Below are positions 7,501 through 14,831 of a stretch of 37,478 nt of DNA, piece after piece. Under the pieces are notes generated by a model. That model saw only the letters and a program-made list of their open reading frames with translations. It did not search any database and had not been told where the DNA came from. The stretch spans positions 1 to 37,478 of IMG/VR virus record IMGVR_UViG_3300045988_123091; one strand, given 5' to 3'. Position 1 is the stretch's first letter. Every line of letters begins with the position of its first letter. A program made the translations under genes and the position numbers. This stretch comes from a virus.

Positions 7501-7795
7501 CCCTTTTCCAAAATGTAACAGTAATATATGGTTGAACATTGTTGTGATGCACATCGTCTCCTGACGAACCTGCTTGCACAAACGCAGATACCTTTGTAGC
7601 ATTAACTTTTTCTTCTGGAATAACATAGTTTTTAGTAGTGTAGTCTATCATTACTCCATATTTATTTACTATTTGTTCTTCCCAACCAGAACTCCCTTTA
7701 GCCATCAAAGACATATCATGATTGTGCTTAGGCATTTCTGATTTGGTTAACTGATGTTTATATTCTCCACCGATTGAATTTGACGTAAAAGACAT
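7493..7795 (-). CDS. Silent tail-fibre C-terminal cassette D
   Basis: MSFTSNSIGGEYKHQLTKSEMPKHNHD...HHNNVQPYITVTFWKRVK. The track ORF runs on to 7816 through fortuitous upstream codons. The 3' end overlaps cassette C by 8 nt. Confidence 0.75.
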   Translation of the reverse strand: MSFTSNSIGGEYKHQLTKSEMPKHNHDMSLMAKGSSGWEEQIVNKYGVMIDYTTKNYVIPEEKVNATKVSAFVQAGSSGDDVHHNNVQPYITVTFWKRVK

Positions 7796-7797
7796 AC
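7785..7797 (-). repeat. Crossover site S4 (GTATGTCTTTTAC on the minus strand)
   Basis: 13-mer at the MSFT start of cassette D. Confidence 0.8.
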
Positions 7798-8082
7798 CTA
7801 TGCGATACGCTTCCACATATAAACCACTAAATAAGGTTGCATAATATTATGGGGAGTGCTGCCTCCAACAGCGCCTGTCTTAGCTGGCGAATCTATAGTT
7901 TTATCAAATTTAGCTAATGAATATAGATTTACACTATTTCCTTGACCTGTTCCGTATCCCCAGCCTATTGCTACATCACCATTATGGTCAGCGTATAAGG
8001 CATTATGATAGTGGCTAGGCATTTCTCCCTCCGTAAGTTGATGCAAATACTCTCCGCCTGTTGAATTAGGTGTAAATGACAT
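7798..8082 (-). CDS. Silent tail-fibre C-terminal cassette E
   Basis: MSFTPNSTGGEYLHQLTEGEMPSHYHN...PHNIMQPYLVVYMWKRIA. Confidence 0.75.
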   Translation of the reverse strand: MSFTPNSTGGEYLHQLTEGEMPSHYHNALYADHNGDVAIGWGYGTGQGNSVNLYSLAKFDKTIDSPAKTGAVGGSTPHNIMQPYLVVYMWKRIA

Positions 8083-8084
8083 AC
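8072..8084 (-). repeat. Crossover site S5 (GTATGTCATTTAC on the minus strand)
   Basis: 13-mer at the MSFT start of cassette E. It is 18 bp from S6, in divergent orientation. Confidence 0.8.
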
Positions 8085-8102
8085 ATATAATCATGAGTCA
8101 AA

Positions 8103-8115
8103 GTATGTCATTTAC
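8103..8115 (+). repeat. Crossover site S6 (GTATGTCATTTAC)
   Basis: 13-mer at the MSFT start of cassette F. Confidence 0.8.
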
Positions 8116-8383
8116 AACCGGATGGATTGGCGGAAGCTACGAGCATAAATTAACTAAAGAAGAACTTCCACCTCATTATCACACATTGCTTGATATTCCT
8201 TCTGAATCTGGAAGTGCTATTAGTGGAAATAGCAATGACGAACTTTCATACGCAAGAATTACAGAACGAGCGGATTCAACTAAGAAATATTGGATAAGCA
8301 AAACAACGGAAGAAGGTAGCGGACATGCTCACAATAATATGCAACCTTGGATTGCAGTGCTGTTTTGGAGAAGAGTCAGCTAA
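8105..8383 (+). CDS. Silent tail-fibre C-terminal cassette F
   Basis: MSFTTGWIGGSYEHKLTKEELPPHYHT...HAHNNMQPWIAVLFWRRVS. The 3' end overlaps cassette G by 8 nt. Confidence 0.75.
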   Translation: MSFTTGWIGGSYEHKLTKEELPPHYHTLLDIPSESGSAISGNSNDELSYARITERADSTKKYWISKTTEEGSGHAHNNMQPWIAVLFWRRVS

Positions 8384-8687
8384 TTCTCTTCCAAAAGGCG
8401 ACTGTGATAAATGGTTGTAGATTGTTATGAGGCTTATCTCCTCCGTTTGTATGGATTGACCATCCATATTGCGTCCCGCTATTCCTATTCATTTCACTTA
8501 TAGTTTTAACCCCTATTTTATCTGAAGACGCTTGCCCCATTTCCGTCGGCACTATTCCGTTATTTGCCCACTTAACATGTGTGCTTGGAACAGGGACGGC
8601 GATGTCACCAATATAATAATTTGGAATTTCGTTTTGATTAAGTTTATGAGTGTATTCTCCACCGATTGATTGGGAAGTAAATGACAT
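8376..8687 (-). CDS. Silent tail-fibre C-terminal cassette G (class lacking the HxH motif)
   Basis: MSFTSQSIGGEYTHKLNQNEIPNYYIGDIA...QYGWSIHTNGGDKPHNNLQPFITVAFWKRIS. Confidence 0.75.
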   Translation of the reverse strand: MSFTSQSIGGEYTHKLNQNEIPNYYIGDIAVPVPSTHVKWANNGIVPTEMGQASSDKIGVKTISEMNRNSGTQYGWSIHTNGGDKPHNNLQPFITVAFWKRIS

Positions 8688-8689
8688 AC
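8677..8689 (-). repeat. Crossover site S7 (GTATGTCATTTAC on the minus strand)
   Basis: 13-mer at the start of cassette G. Coordinates are anchored on the ORF-track start at 8687. Confidence 0.75.
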
Positions 8690-8696
8690 ATACACA

Positions 8697-9521
8697 TTAT
8701 TTTGTGCGCATCCAAAAATATACTGTTGTATATGGCTGAATGTTATTATGCGGATTGTTTCCTCCTTCTCCATATACAGGGTTATCGTATTTTTTGTAAT
8801 TTTTTGACCATTTAGAGCTAAGTGCATTGCTATAGAATTCTTGTGATCCGCTGTCGTCAAATAAAGCAATCCCATGAGTATGTTTCGGTATTTCAGAAAT
8901 AACTAATATATGCTTATACTCGCCTCCGACTGAATTGGCTGTAAATGACATACTTGTACTACCATCATTTCCAGTACCTTCGCCAATCAAAGTACGACCT
9001 TGTCCGAACTGCTCCCAAGTACCTCCGATAAAGTTTCCGGGGTTGTTTTTATCAGCTGTGATATAAACTGAACCTACTGGATACATTGCATCTAGAATCT
9101 CACGAACCTTCTTTTCAGTCGTGTAATTACTTAATTTGTTTTCCATGTATTGGTCAACTAACTGTTGCCAGTTGTGTTCGCCAGGATCAACCATACTAAC
9201 TGCATTTGGAGCTTCTTTAACTTCAAGTGTAACTTGGTTTGTAACTAACTCGGTTGTTCCTTTAATTAAATGCACTGCCAATTCCAATGATCCAACGTTG
9301 GCCATTGCTTTACTGTGAATTGTATATACATTATTGCCGCACGGAAGAATCTCTTTGTAAACTTTTCCGTTGGCAGAATACTTCATATGAATCTGTTCTG
9401 TGTAATCTGCATATTCATCGCTTGAATCGTGCGCAAGTGTTACTGGAACATTGGCAGAACCTTGCGATTCATCCAATCCTTTTGTAACAGATAATTTTAA
9501 ACCATTTCTAAATAATTCCAT
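8697..9521 (-). CDS. Tail fibre / receptor-binding protein with C-terminal tail-collar-type domain (constant part 8954-9521, current cassette H 8697-8951)
   Basis: AGGAG RBS. Follows Dit, Tal and the CHAP protein. YPVGSVYITADKNNPGNFIGGTWEQFGQGRTLIG...GGEYKHILVISEIPKHTHG...PHNNIQPYTTVYFWMRTK matches the phage tail collar (PF07484-like) pattern from memory. Confidence 0.8.
   Translation of the reverse strand: MELFRNGLKLSVTKGLDESQGSANVPVTLAHDSSDEYADYTEQIHMKYSANGKVYKEILPCGNNVYTIHSKAMANVGSLELAVHLIKGTTELVTNQVTLEVKEAPNAVSMVDPGEHNWQQLVDQYMENKLSNYTTEKKVREILDAMYPVGSVYITADKNNPGNFIGGTWEQFGQGRTLIGEGTGNDGSTSMSFTANSVGGEYKHILVISEIPKHTHGIALFDDSGSQEFYSNALSSKWSKNYKKYDNPVYGEGGNNPHNNIQPYTTVYFWMRTK
8941..8953 (-). 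repeat. Crossover site S8 (expression site), in frame inside the tail-fibre gene
   Basis: GTATGTCATTTAC on the minus strand encodes ...S-M-S-F-T... at the junction between the constant 190-aa N-terminal part and the current C-terminal cassette. Confidence 0.8.
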
Positions 9522-9535
9522 TGCATATCTCCTAT

Positions 9536-10021
9536 CTAAACGTAGTTTGTTCCAACTACGATTCCATTTACTAATGTAAGCTGTAATTTCTTTTTAATAA
9601 CTTCTGAACCGCCACCGACATAACATTTTGGTCTGAAATAACCTAATGGCGCAGTTCCGATTGATAATAAATTAAATGGTCCTCCATACGTACCACCACT
9701 ACTACCTTGGTTTTGCCCGAAATATTTACCATTGTAATACATGGCTACGTGGCCGTAACCACCACCCATGTTTGAACCCCACACGGCAATATCACCATTT
9801 TGAGGAGAGCCCACAACATTACATGAATTTAACATCCCATTTGATGCTCTTTGCGTCCAAATATCCTTAGCACCACCACTAGCGGTACAATGCGCATATG
9901 GATATCCTAACCATTTCATGTAGAATGCATACCCATCCCAACATTGAGCACCATAAGCACCGTCTACATCATGACTTGTGCCATTGTATGTATTAACGAA
10001 TACAGAAAAGGGTTGAGCCAT
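9536..10021 (-). CDS. CHAP-domain peptidoglycan hydrolase in the tail module (virion-associated lysin candidate)
   Basis: GAQCWDGYAFYMKWLG (Cys) ... NGDIAVWGS ... GYGHVAMYYNG (His). Lies between Tal and the tail fibre. Confidence 0.7.
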   Translation of the reverse strand: MAQPFSVFVNTYNGTSHDVDGAYGAQCWDGYAFYMKWLGYPYAHCTASGGAKDIWTQRASNGMLNSCNVVGSPQNGDIAVWGSNMGGGYGHVAMYYNGKYFGQNQGSSGGTYGGPFNLLSIGTAPLGYFRPKCYVGGGSEVIKKKLQLTLVNGIVVGTNYV

Positions 10022-10022
10022 A

Positions 10023-11906
10023 TTACTCAACCCCTGTCACGATTCCTGATCTAGTAGTTACCGACTTTGTAACAGTATATGTACCTGTTAATCCGGTTTT
10101 ACCGTTAATCTTTATCGTGCTCGATGTTTTACTTAACGAAATCTCATTATTATCAGTGATAATATCAACTCCGTCTTTTGAAACTTTAACTTTATTACTG
10201 CCGTTCGACATACTGACTGAACCGTCACTGTCCACGGATACACTCGCATCCCCACAAATTAATTTAATACTGTGAGCTACGTAGCTACCATTAGACTTTA
10301 CAGAACGGAATGCAACTTTTTCAGGCAGTGTGTTTCCATTAGAATCAATAGCTTTGATATCTGCCCAAACAGAACCTTGAGCGACTCCTTCGGCACGTGG
10401 CTGCATGTTTATTTCGGCACCAACGTTTATATCCTTGACAGTATTTAGAACTCCTTTAAATGTGCCGTCGTTCATTATCAGTTCACCGGTGTCCATATTT
10501 AAATGGAATTTACCGTTCTTATCCGATAAAACACCTGTCAAAATATAGTCTGCAATAATTGAATTGTAATTGATTGCAGTACCCCATTGCCAATTTCCTT
10601 TTTCATCAACAGTATGTGCTATCTGAATTCCTTGAGTTCCTAGGGATAAAGCACCATACATATCCGCAATAGGATCAGTGTCTTCGAACAGAATCGCACG
10701 AACGTCTGACTTTGTCGCATTGTCTTTTTGAGCTTTCATCTGTGTGTTCATCATATTGACGATTCCTTTTATCATCTCCGCATGAACAGACGAATCTTTA
10801 ATATCAATAGCTTTTTCAACACTTCTTTGAATATCAGCCTGCTTATCAAAGAAAGACGGAACTACATCTCCAATCGTCAACGAATCCATTCTCTGACTGA
10901 TACAATCATATTTAATAGACTTAACACGAGCTGTTGTATCAATATCCAAACGTCTATTTCTGACTTTGACTGTATCACCTAAGTTTAATTTCAATAAGGA
11001 TTTAAACTCTGCATACTTATCCGATCTGGATAAATCAAAAACAGATACATTGTATTCAATTGAAGGCCTATCAATCTGATTTTCTTCAAATTCTTTTTTA
11101 GCAGCTTTTCGTAATTCATCACGCAATGAATCGATTGAATCACACACAACATCACCATCTTGAGGTTCGCCACTTACATCACTAGCTAACTTGATGTAGT
11201 CATATGTGATTTCTGAAATAAAGTCTTTAGGGTATTTGTTACGTAACGGACTATCTACAAACTCTCCTTCTGGGAGTTGGTATCCATTGTATGCAACTGG
11301 TCTGATACGCGTTACTGTGCTACTGAAGTCAATCTTTTCTTCGATTTCATTCATATTGAATCCGAATTCTACACGCATTCCATTATCGGCGCCGATGCGG
11401 TCGTAAATATAAATGTCATAGTTGTCATATCTGACTTCGCCACCCCATCTGCTTAAGAATGAATTGTCATCGTCTGAACCAATGCACTCAAGTACATTCT
11501 TTCTTATCCAATACGCAGTAGATTTCACTCCAATATTGGAATGGCCATTATACTTTGTGCCATTCAACAATGTACTTAATGCCGTTTGGCCATCACAGTT
11601 GGTAGGACGTTTATCATAAATAAAAGTGTCATTCTTTGCATCCAAGAATATTGGATATGCATTGACTGACACTTCAAATTTGTTTTTATCTTTTGAATAA
11701 ATGCGGAATAACTGTGCTCCGTAAGGAGTTCTTACTCTTACAACTCCATTATCTTCTATATCTTTCCAATGATCATCGGAATAAGGAACTGTCATAGACA
11801 ATTCCCATGTTCCGTTAATCGTAGCTTCAAATGGACATTCAGATGGATGCACTTCAATTCCGTTAACTGTGAAATCCGTTTGAGATGCATGATAGATTTG
11901 AATCAT
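10023..11906 (-). CDS. Tail-associated lysin-like / minor structural protein (Tal, prophage tail endopeptidase family)
   Basis: 627 aa, immediately after Dit. N-terminus (MIQIYHASQTDFTVNGIEVHPSE...) is typical of siphophage Tal N-terminal regions. Confidence 0.7.
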   Translation of the reverse strand: MIQIYHASQTDFTVNGIEVHPSECPFEATINGTWELSMTVPYSDDHWKDIEDNGVVRVRTPYGAQLFRIYSKDKNKFEVSVNAYPIFLDAKNDTFIYDKRPTNCDGQTALSTLLNGTKYNGHSNIGVKSTAYWIRKNVLECIGSDDDNSFLSRWGGEVRYDNYDIYIYDRIGADNGMRVEFGFNMNEIEEKIDFSSTVTRIRPVAYNGYQLPEGEFVDSPLRNKYPKDFISEITYDYIKLASDVSGEPQDGDVVCDSIDSLRDELRKAAKKEFEENQIDRPSIEYNVSVFDLSRSDKYAEFKSLLKLNLGDTVKVRNRRLDIDTTARVKSIKYDCISQRMDSLTIGDVVPSFFDKQADIQRSVEKAIDIKDSSVHAEMIKGIVNMMNTQMKAQKDNATKSDVRAILFEDTDPIADMYGALSLGTQGIQIAHTVDEKGNWQWGTAINYNSIIADYILTGVLSDKNGKFHLNMDTGELIMNDGTFKGVLNTVKDINVGAEINMQPRAEGVAQGSVWADIKAIDSNGNTLPEKVAFRSVKSNGSYVAHSIKLICGDASVSVDSDGSVSMSNGSNKVKVSKDGVDIITDNNEISLSKTSSTIKINGKTGLTGTYTVTKSVTTRSGIVTGVE

Positions 11907-12611
11907 TTATACACACCTCCAATTCGGCTGCACAAGGCAGGGACAAGTGCTCTTGACTTCACATTTTCCGTTTTCAAACCATAAGTCTTCAAAATCACCA
12001 ACTGTATTAACGAGTGAATTATCACTATATGCTATTTTCAATTCAGTATCGACAATAGTCTTACCTTTGCAGTCAACTTTGAATTCTCTTCCGTTTACTG
12101 TCAAAGTCTGCATGTCCGTACTGTTTAAAATGAATGTAGGACAACATTCATAATATTGATTCTCTTTAATATATTTGTGATTAATTCTAGTCAGGCCTTC
12201 ATTTAAATACTCAAATGGTTCTGCTTCTAATGTGATTGTAAATACACCAGCACGTAATGCCTTACGTTCAGATGAGCTTAAAGAAATCTTTGCGATTTTT
12301 CTATAAAAGCCTTCATCATCTGAAAAGCGAATAACTTTATGTTTTTCTCCTAGAATCCAATTCTTAACTTCTCGCCATTTTTCCGCCCATTTGTTTGGAT
12401 CACGACTAATAAAAGAACATTCTAGTTTAATTTCTATATTTCTAAATGTTCCTAAATCTTCATAATATTTACCGTTCACTCCAGTAATATCTCCTGGAGT
12501 GTAGTAATCTTTTTCAGGCGCAGGAATATTCGGTCTTTCTGCTATAGCAATTTCATGCACGTAACTAGGAACATCATCTAATGTGAAGTGAAATAATTTT
12601 TTTAATTTCAT
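11907..12611 (-). CDS. Distal tail protein (Dit)
   Basis: Position between the tape measure and Tal. AAGGGGG RBS before the ATG at 12611; the track's 12710 start overlaps the tape measure gene. Confidence 0.65.
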   Translation of the reverse strand: MKLKKLFHFTLDDVPSYVHEIAIAERPNIPAPEKDYYTPGDITGVNGKYYEDLGTFRNIEIKLECSFISRDPNKWAEKWREVKNWILGEKHKVIRFSDDEGFYRKIAKISLSSSERKALRAGVFTITLEAEPFEYLNEGLTRINHKYIKENQYYECCPTFILNSTDMQTLTVNGREFKVDCKGKTIVDTELKIAYSDNSLVNTVGDFEDLWFENGKCEVKSTCPCLVQPNWRCV

Positions 12612-12612
12612 A

Positions 12613-14793
12613 CTATGCCCCCTTAAAAGCCAATCTTGAATTGGCCGAACGTGTAATACTTTGCGATACTGCCCTACTGACTTGTCTTCCATCAAGTTCA
12701 GAAACGACATTCAAATGAATCACTGTAGAACTGTTGGCACTCAATGTTTGAGCAACACTTGCTTTAGAATATGCATTCACATTCATTTTTGATGCCAAAC
12801 TCTTCATTTCATCTTCGACCTTATACGTATTGTCATGAATACCTTTTGACAGTCCATCCATCATATCTGGCATCCATGTTTCATAATCTCGTAATGGTCC
12901 TTCATCCGGCCTACTAAAGTGCAATAATCTACGAATCTTCTTTGGAATGCTTGTGATTGCAGAGAACAGACTTTTGATTCTGCCTAAGACACCTCGCTTG
13001 AAGCCTTCAATAAAATCACTACCCCATTTTTTGGCTTCTTTAATCATTGAACTGAATTTGTTTTTGATTCCATCAATTGCGTTAGTCCATATATTCTTGA
13101 TTTTGTTCCATCCGTTTTTGAAACCATCACGAATATTGTTGATTAGATTTGTAACGCCATTTCTGAACCATTCGCATTTAGTCCACAACAACGCAATTAC
13201 TGCAATGATTCCGACAACTATAGCTATAACTGGATTAGCTAGAATAAGTCCCCACAGTACACTTAATCCTGAACCGATTGCGCTAAATACAGGAGCTAAG
13301 AACTCGCCTAAGAATCCTACAATTTCAATAATCTGACTTACTCCAGTACATATTTGACCAATGAATATGAGCACCGGACCTAAAGCTGCTACTACTAAAC
13401 CTACAATAACGATAAACTGTTGAACATTTGGGTCCAATGTACTAAACCATTGACTGAACTTTTGCAAGTTTTCGGCAAGGGCTTGAATCATCGGAGCTAA
13501 TGTAGCTTGGATTTGGTCAAATAAATCGGCTCCAACTTGTTTTAAATTGTTCATTGCAACTTTAGCCTGGTCCATTGGATCAAGCATCGCTTCATATGAT
13601 GCGTCCAATTGACCATTGCTGTCTTGCAATACTTTTAATAAATCCTGGTAATTTAACTTACCTTCCTGAATATATTGATATAAAGAAGCTCCGGCTTTTG
13701 TTCCAAATACATCCATAGCATCTGAAGCACTGACTGTTCCATCCTGGATGCCTTGGAATAGATTACCTAGTTCAACATTGGCATCTTTTCCTGCATTGGT
13801 ATAATTTGCCATTGCTTTTTTCATACCTGTAAGAACTACAGATGAATTGACACCGTTTTTCTCCATGGTTGCTAATAATGCAATAGTTTCTTGCGTATTG
13901 AATCCTAAAGCACGCATTTGCACGCCGTTCTGTGATAATGCTTCTGCCAATGTATCAACTGTTAATCCACTTTCTTGACTAGCTGATGTAAGTTCGTCTA
14001 ACACACTGTTTAACTCTGAAGTAGGAATATTGGCATCGTTCATAGCTTTAGCTACAGTTTCTATAGATGTAGAAACATCACTGCTATTCACTTCAGAGTA
14101 CTTCATAAACTGACGTGTAGCGTTTTCCAATGCATCACCTTGTAAACCTAAACGTGTATTGATATCTGCTACGGCTTGTCCTGTAGCTTTGATATCAACG
14201 GGCATTGATGTATATACATCCTTTGCAGTCTGTTGAAGACTTTCCAATTCTTTTCCGGTTGCTCCAGTACCGGCTGCAACTGAATCTAATGCATCATCTA
14301 CTTCTGACCATGCTTTATACGATGCAACGCCTGCACCAACTGCAACTGCAGATGCTTTGCTTACTTCTTTACCAACAGAAGTGAATTTGTCACCTACTTG
14401 CTTTGCTTTTTCACCGAAAGCCTGCATATTCGCACTTACGTTTGACGTTTCAGAATTCAAACGTTTTAATGCACTTTCGGCTTTTTGAATCTCTTGCTCT
14501 AACGCTATATATTGCTTAGAATCTACATTCCCACCTTCAGTAACGAATTGCTTCTGTGTTTCTTTCAGTAACTTTAATTTGTCTTCCGTAGCAGTAATCT
14601 GCTCCTTCAACAATCTTTGTTTTTGAGCTAAAAGCTCAGTATTGGAAGGATCAAACTTTAACATCTGGTTCACAGATTTTAATTTTGATTGTAAATCACT
14701 GATATCTTTATCAGGCTTTTTTAACGCTTTGGATAGCTCTGTGGTATCTCCGCCAATCTGTAGCGTTATACCTTTTAAATTTTTGCTTGCCAT
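12613..14793 (-). CDS. Tape measure protein
   Basis: 726 aa. Coiled-coil N-terminus, Ala/Gly-rich core, hydrophobic segment block, and a position after the chaperone pair. Confidence 0.85.
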   Translation of the reverse strand: MASKNLKGITLQIGGDTTELSKALKKPDKDISDLQSKLKSVNQMLKFDPSNTELLAQKQRLLKEQITATEDKLKLLKETQKQFVTEGGNVDSKQYIALEQEIQKAESALKRLNSETSNVSANMQAFGEKAKQVGDKFTSVGKEVSKASAVAVGAGVASYKAWSEVDDALDSVAAGTGATGKELESLQQTAKDVYTSMPVDIKATGQAVADINTRLGLQGDALENATRQFMKYSEVNSSDVSTSIETVAKAMNDANIPTSELNSVLDELTSASQESGLTVDTLAEALSQNGVQMRALGFNTQETIALLATMEKNGVNSSVVLTGMKKAMANYTNAGKDANVELGNLFQGIQDGTVSASDAMDVFGTKAGASLYQYIQEGKLNYQDLLKVLQDSNGQLDASYEAMLDPMDQAKVAMNNLKQVGADLFDQIQATLAPMIQALAENLQKFSQWFSTLDPNVQQFIVIVGLVVAALGPVLIFIGQICTGVSQIIEIVGFLGEFLAPVFSAIGSGLSVLWGLILANPVIAIVVGIIAVIALLWTKCEWFRNGVTNLINNIRDGFKNGWNKIKNIWTNAIDGIKNKFSSMIKEAKKWGSDFIEGFKRGVLGRIKSLFSAITSIPKKIRRLLHFSRPDEGPLRDYETWMPDMMDGLSKGIHDNTYKVEDEMKSLASKMNVNAYSKASVAQTLSANSSTVIHLNVVSELDGRQVSRAVSQSITRSANSRLAFKGA

Positions 14794-14831
14794 TTTTCTG
14801 TCTCCTTCCTATAAAAAATAAAAGGAAGGCA

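Larger units (their letters stand above)
6621..8953. other. Multi-inversion tail-fibre shufflon: 8 crossover sites and 8 C-terminal cassettes (7 silent, 1 expressed)
   Basis: GTATGTCNTTTAC occurs 8 times (3 plus, 5 minus), each exactly at the Met-Ser-Phe-Thr start of a cassette. Cassettes are packed head-to-head and tail-to-tail with almost no spacer. Confidence 0.8.

Noticed and set aside
7796-7816. N-terminal extensions of cassettes D (MEAYRIG-), E (MIIC-, 8083-8094) and F (MSQS-, 8093-8104) in the ORF track
   Set aside because: The extensions are not conserved, lack an RBS and lie upstream of the shared crossover 13-mer. They are most likely fortuitous in-frame codons in the spacers.
8640-8761. 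When hand-translating, I saw apparent one-base frame breaks in cassette G and in the expressed cassette, at the printed line junctions 8640/8641 and 8760/8761
   Set aside because: The computed ORF track gives uninterrupted ORFs (8376-8687, 8697-9521 and the antisense 8552-8875) whose translations are mutually consistent. The two discrepancies cancel each other. I treat them as my own reading error, and I anchored S7 on the track coordinates.
6621-8953. Regularly recurring short repeat that might suggest a CRISPR array
   Set aside because: The repeats are only 13 bp, occur in both orientations, have irregular spacing (31 to about 620 bp between starts) and lie at the start codons of homologous coding cassettes. 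No cas genes are present.
6623-9521. Diversity-generating retroelement (DGR) as the source of fibre variability
   Set aside because: There is no reverse transcriptase gene and no template/variable repeat pair with adenine-specific differences. Variation comes from whole alternative cassettes bounded by identical sites.
12947-13336. Antisense ORFs inside long structural and replication genes. Examples: 12947-13336 in the tape measure gene, 33715-34323 opposite dnaN, 21672-22004 and 21048-21338 in terL, 4818-5093 in the endolysin, 5247-5576 in the holin, 10728-10982 and 11206-11619 in Tal
   Set aside because: They lie entirely within well-supported genes on the other strand, lack RBSs, and have Leu/Ser/Phe-rich composition typical of antisense frames in AT-rich DNA.
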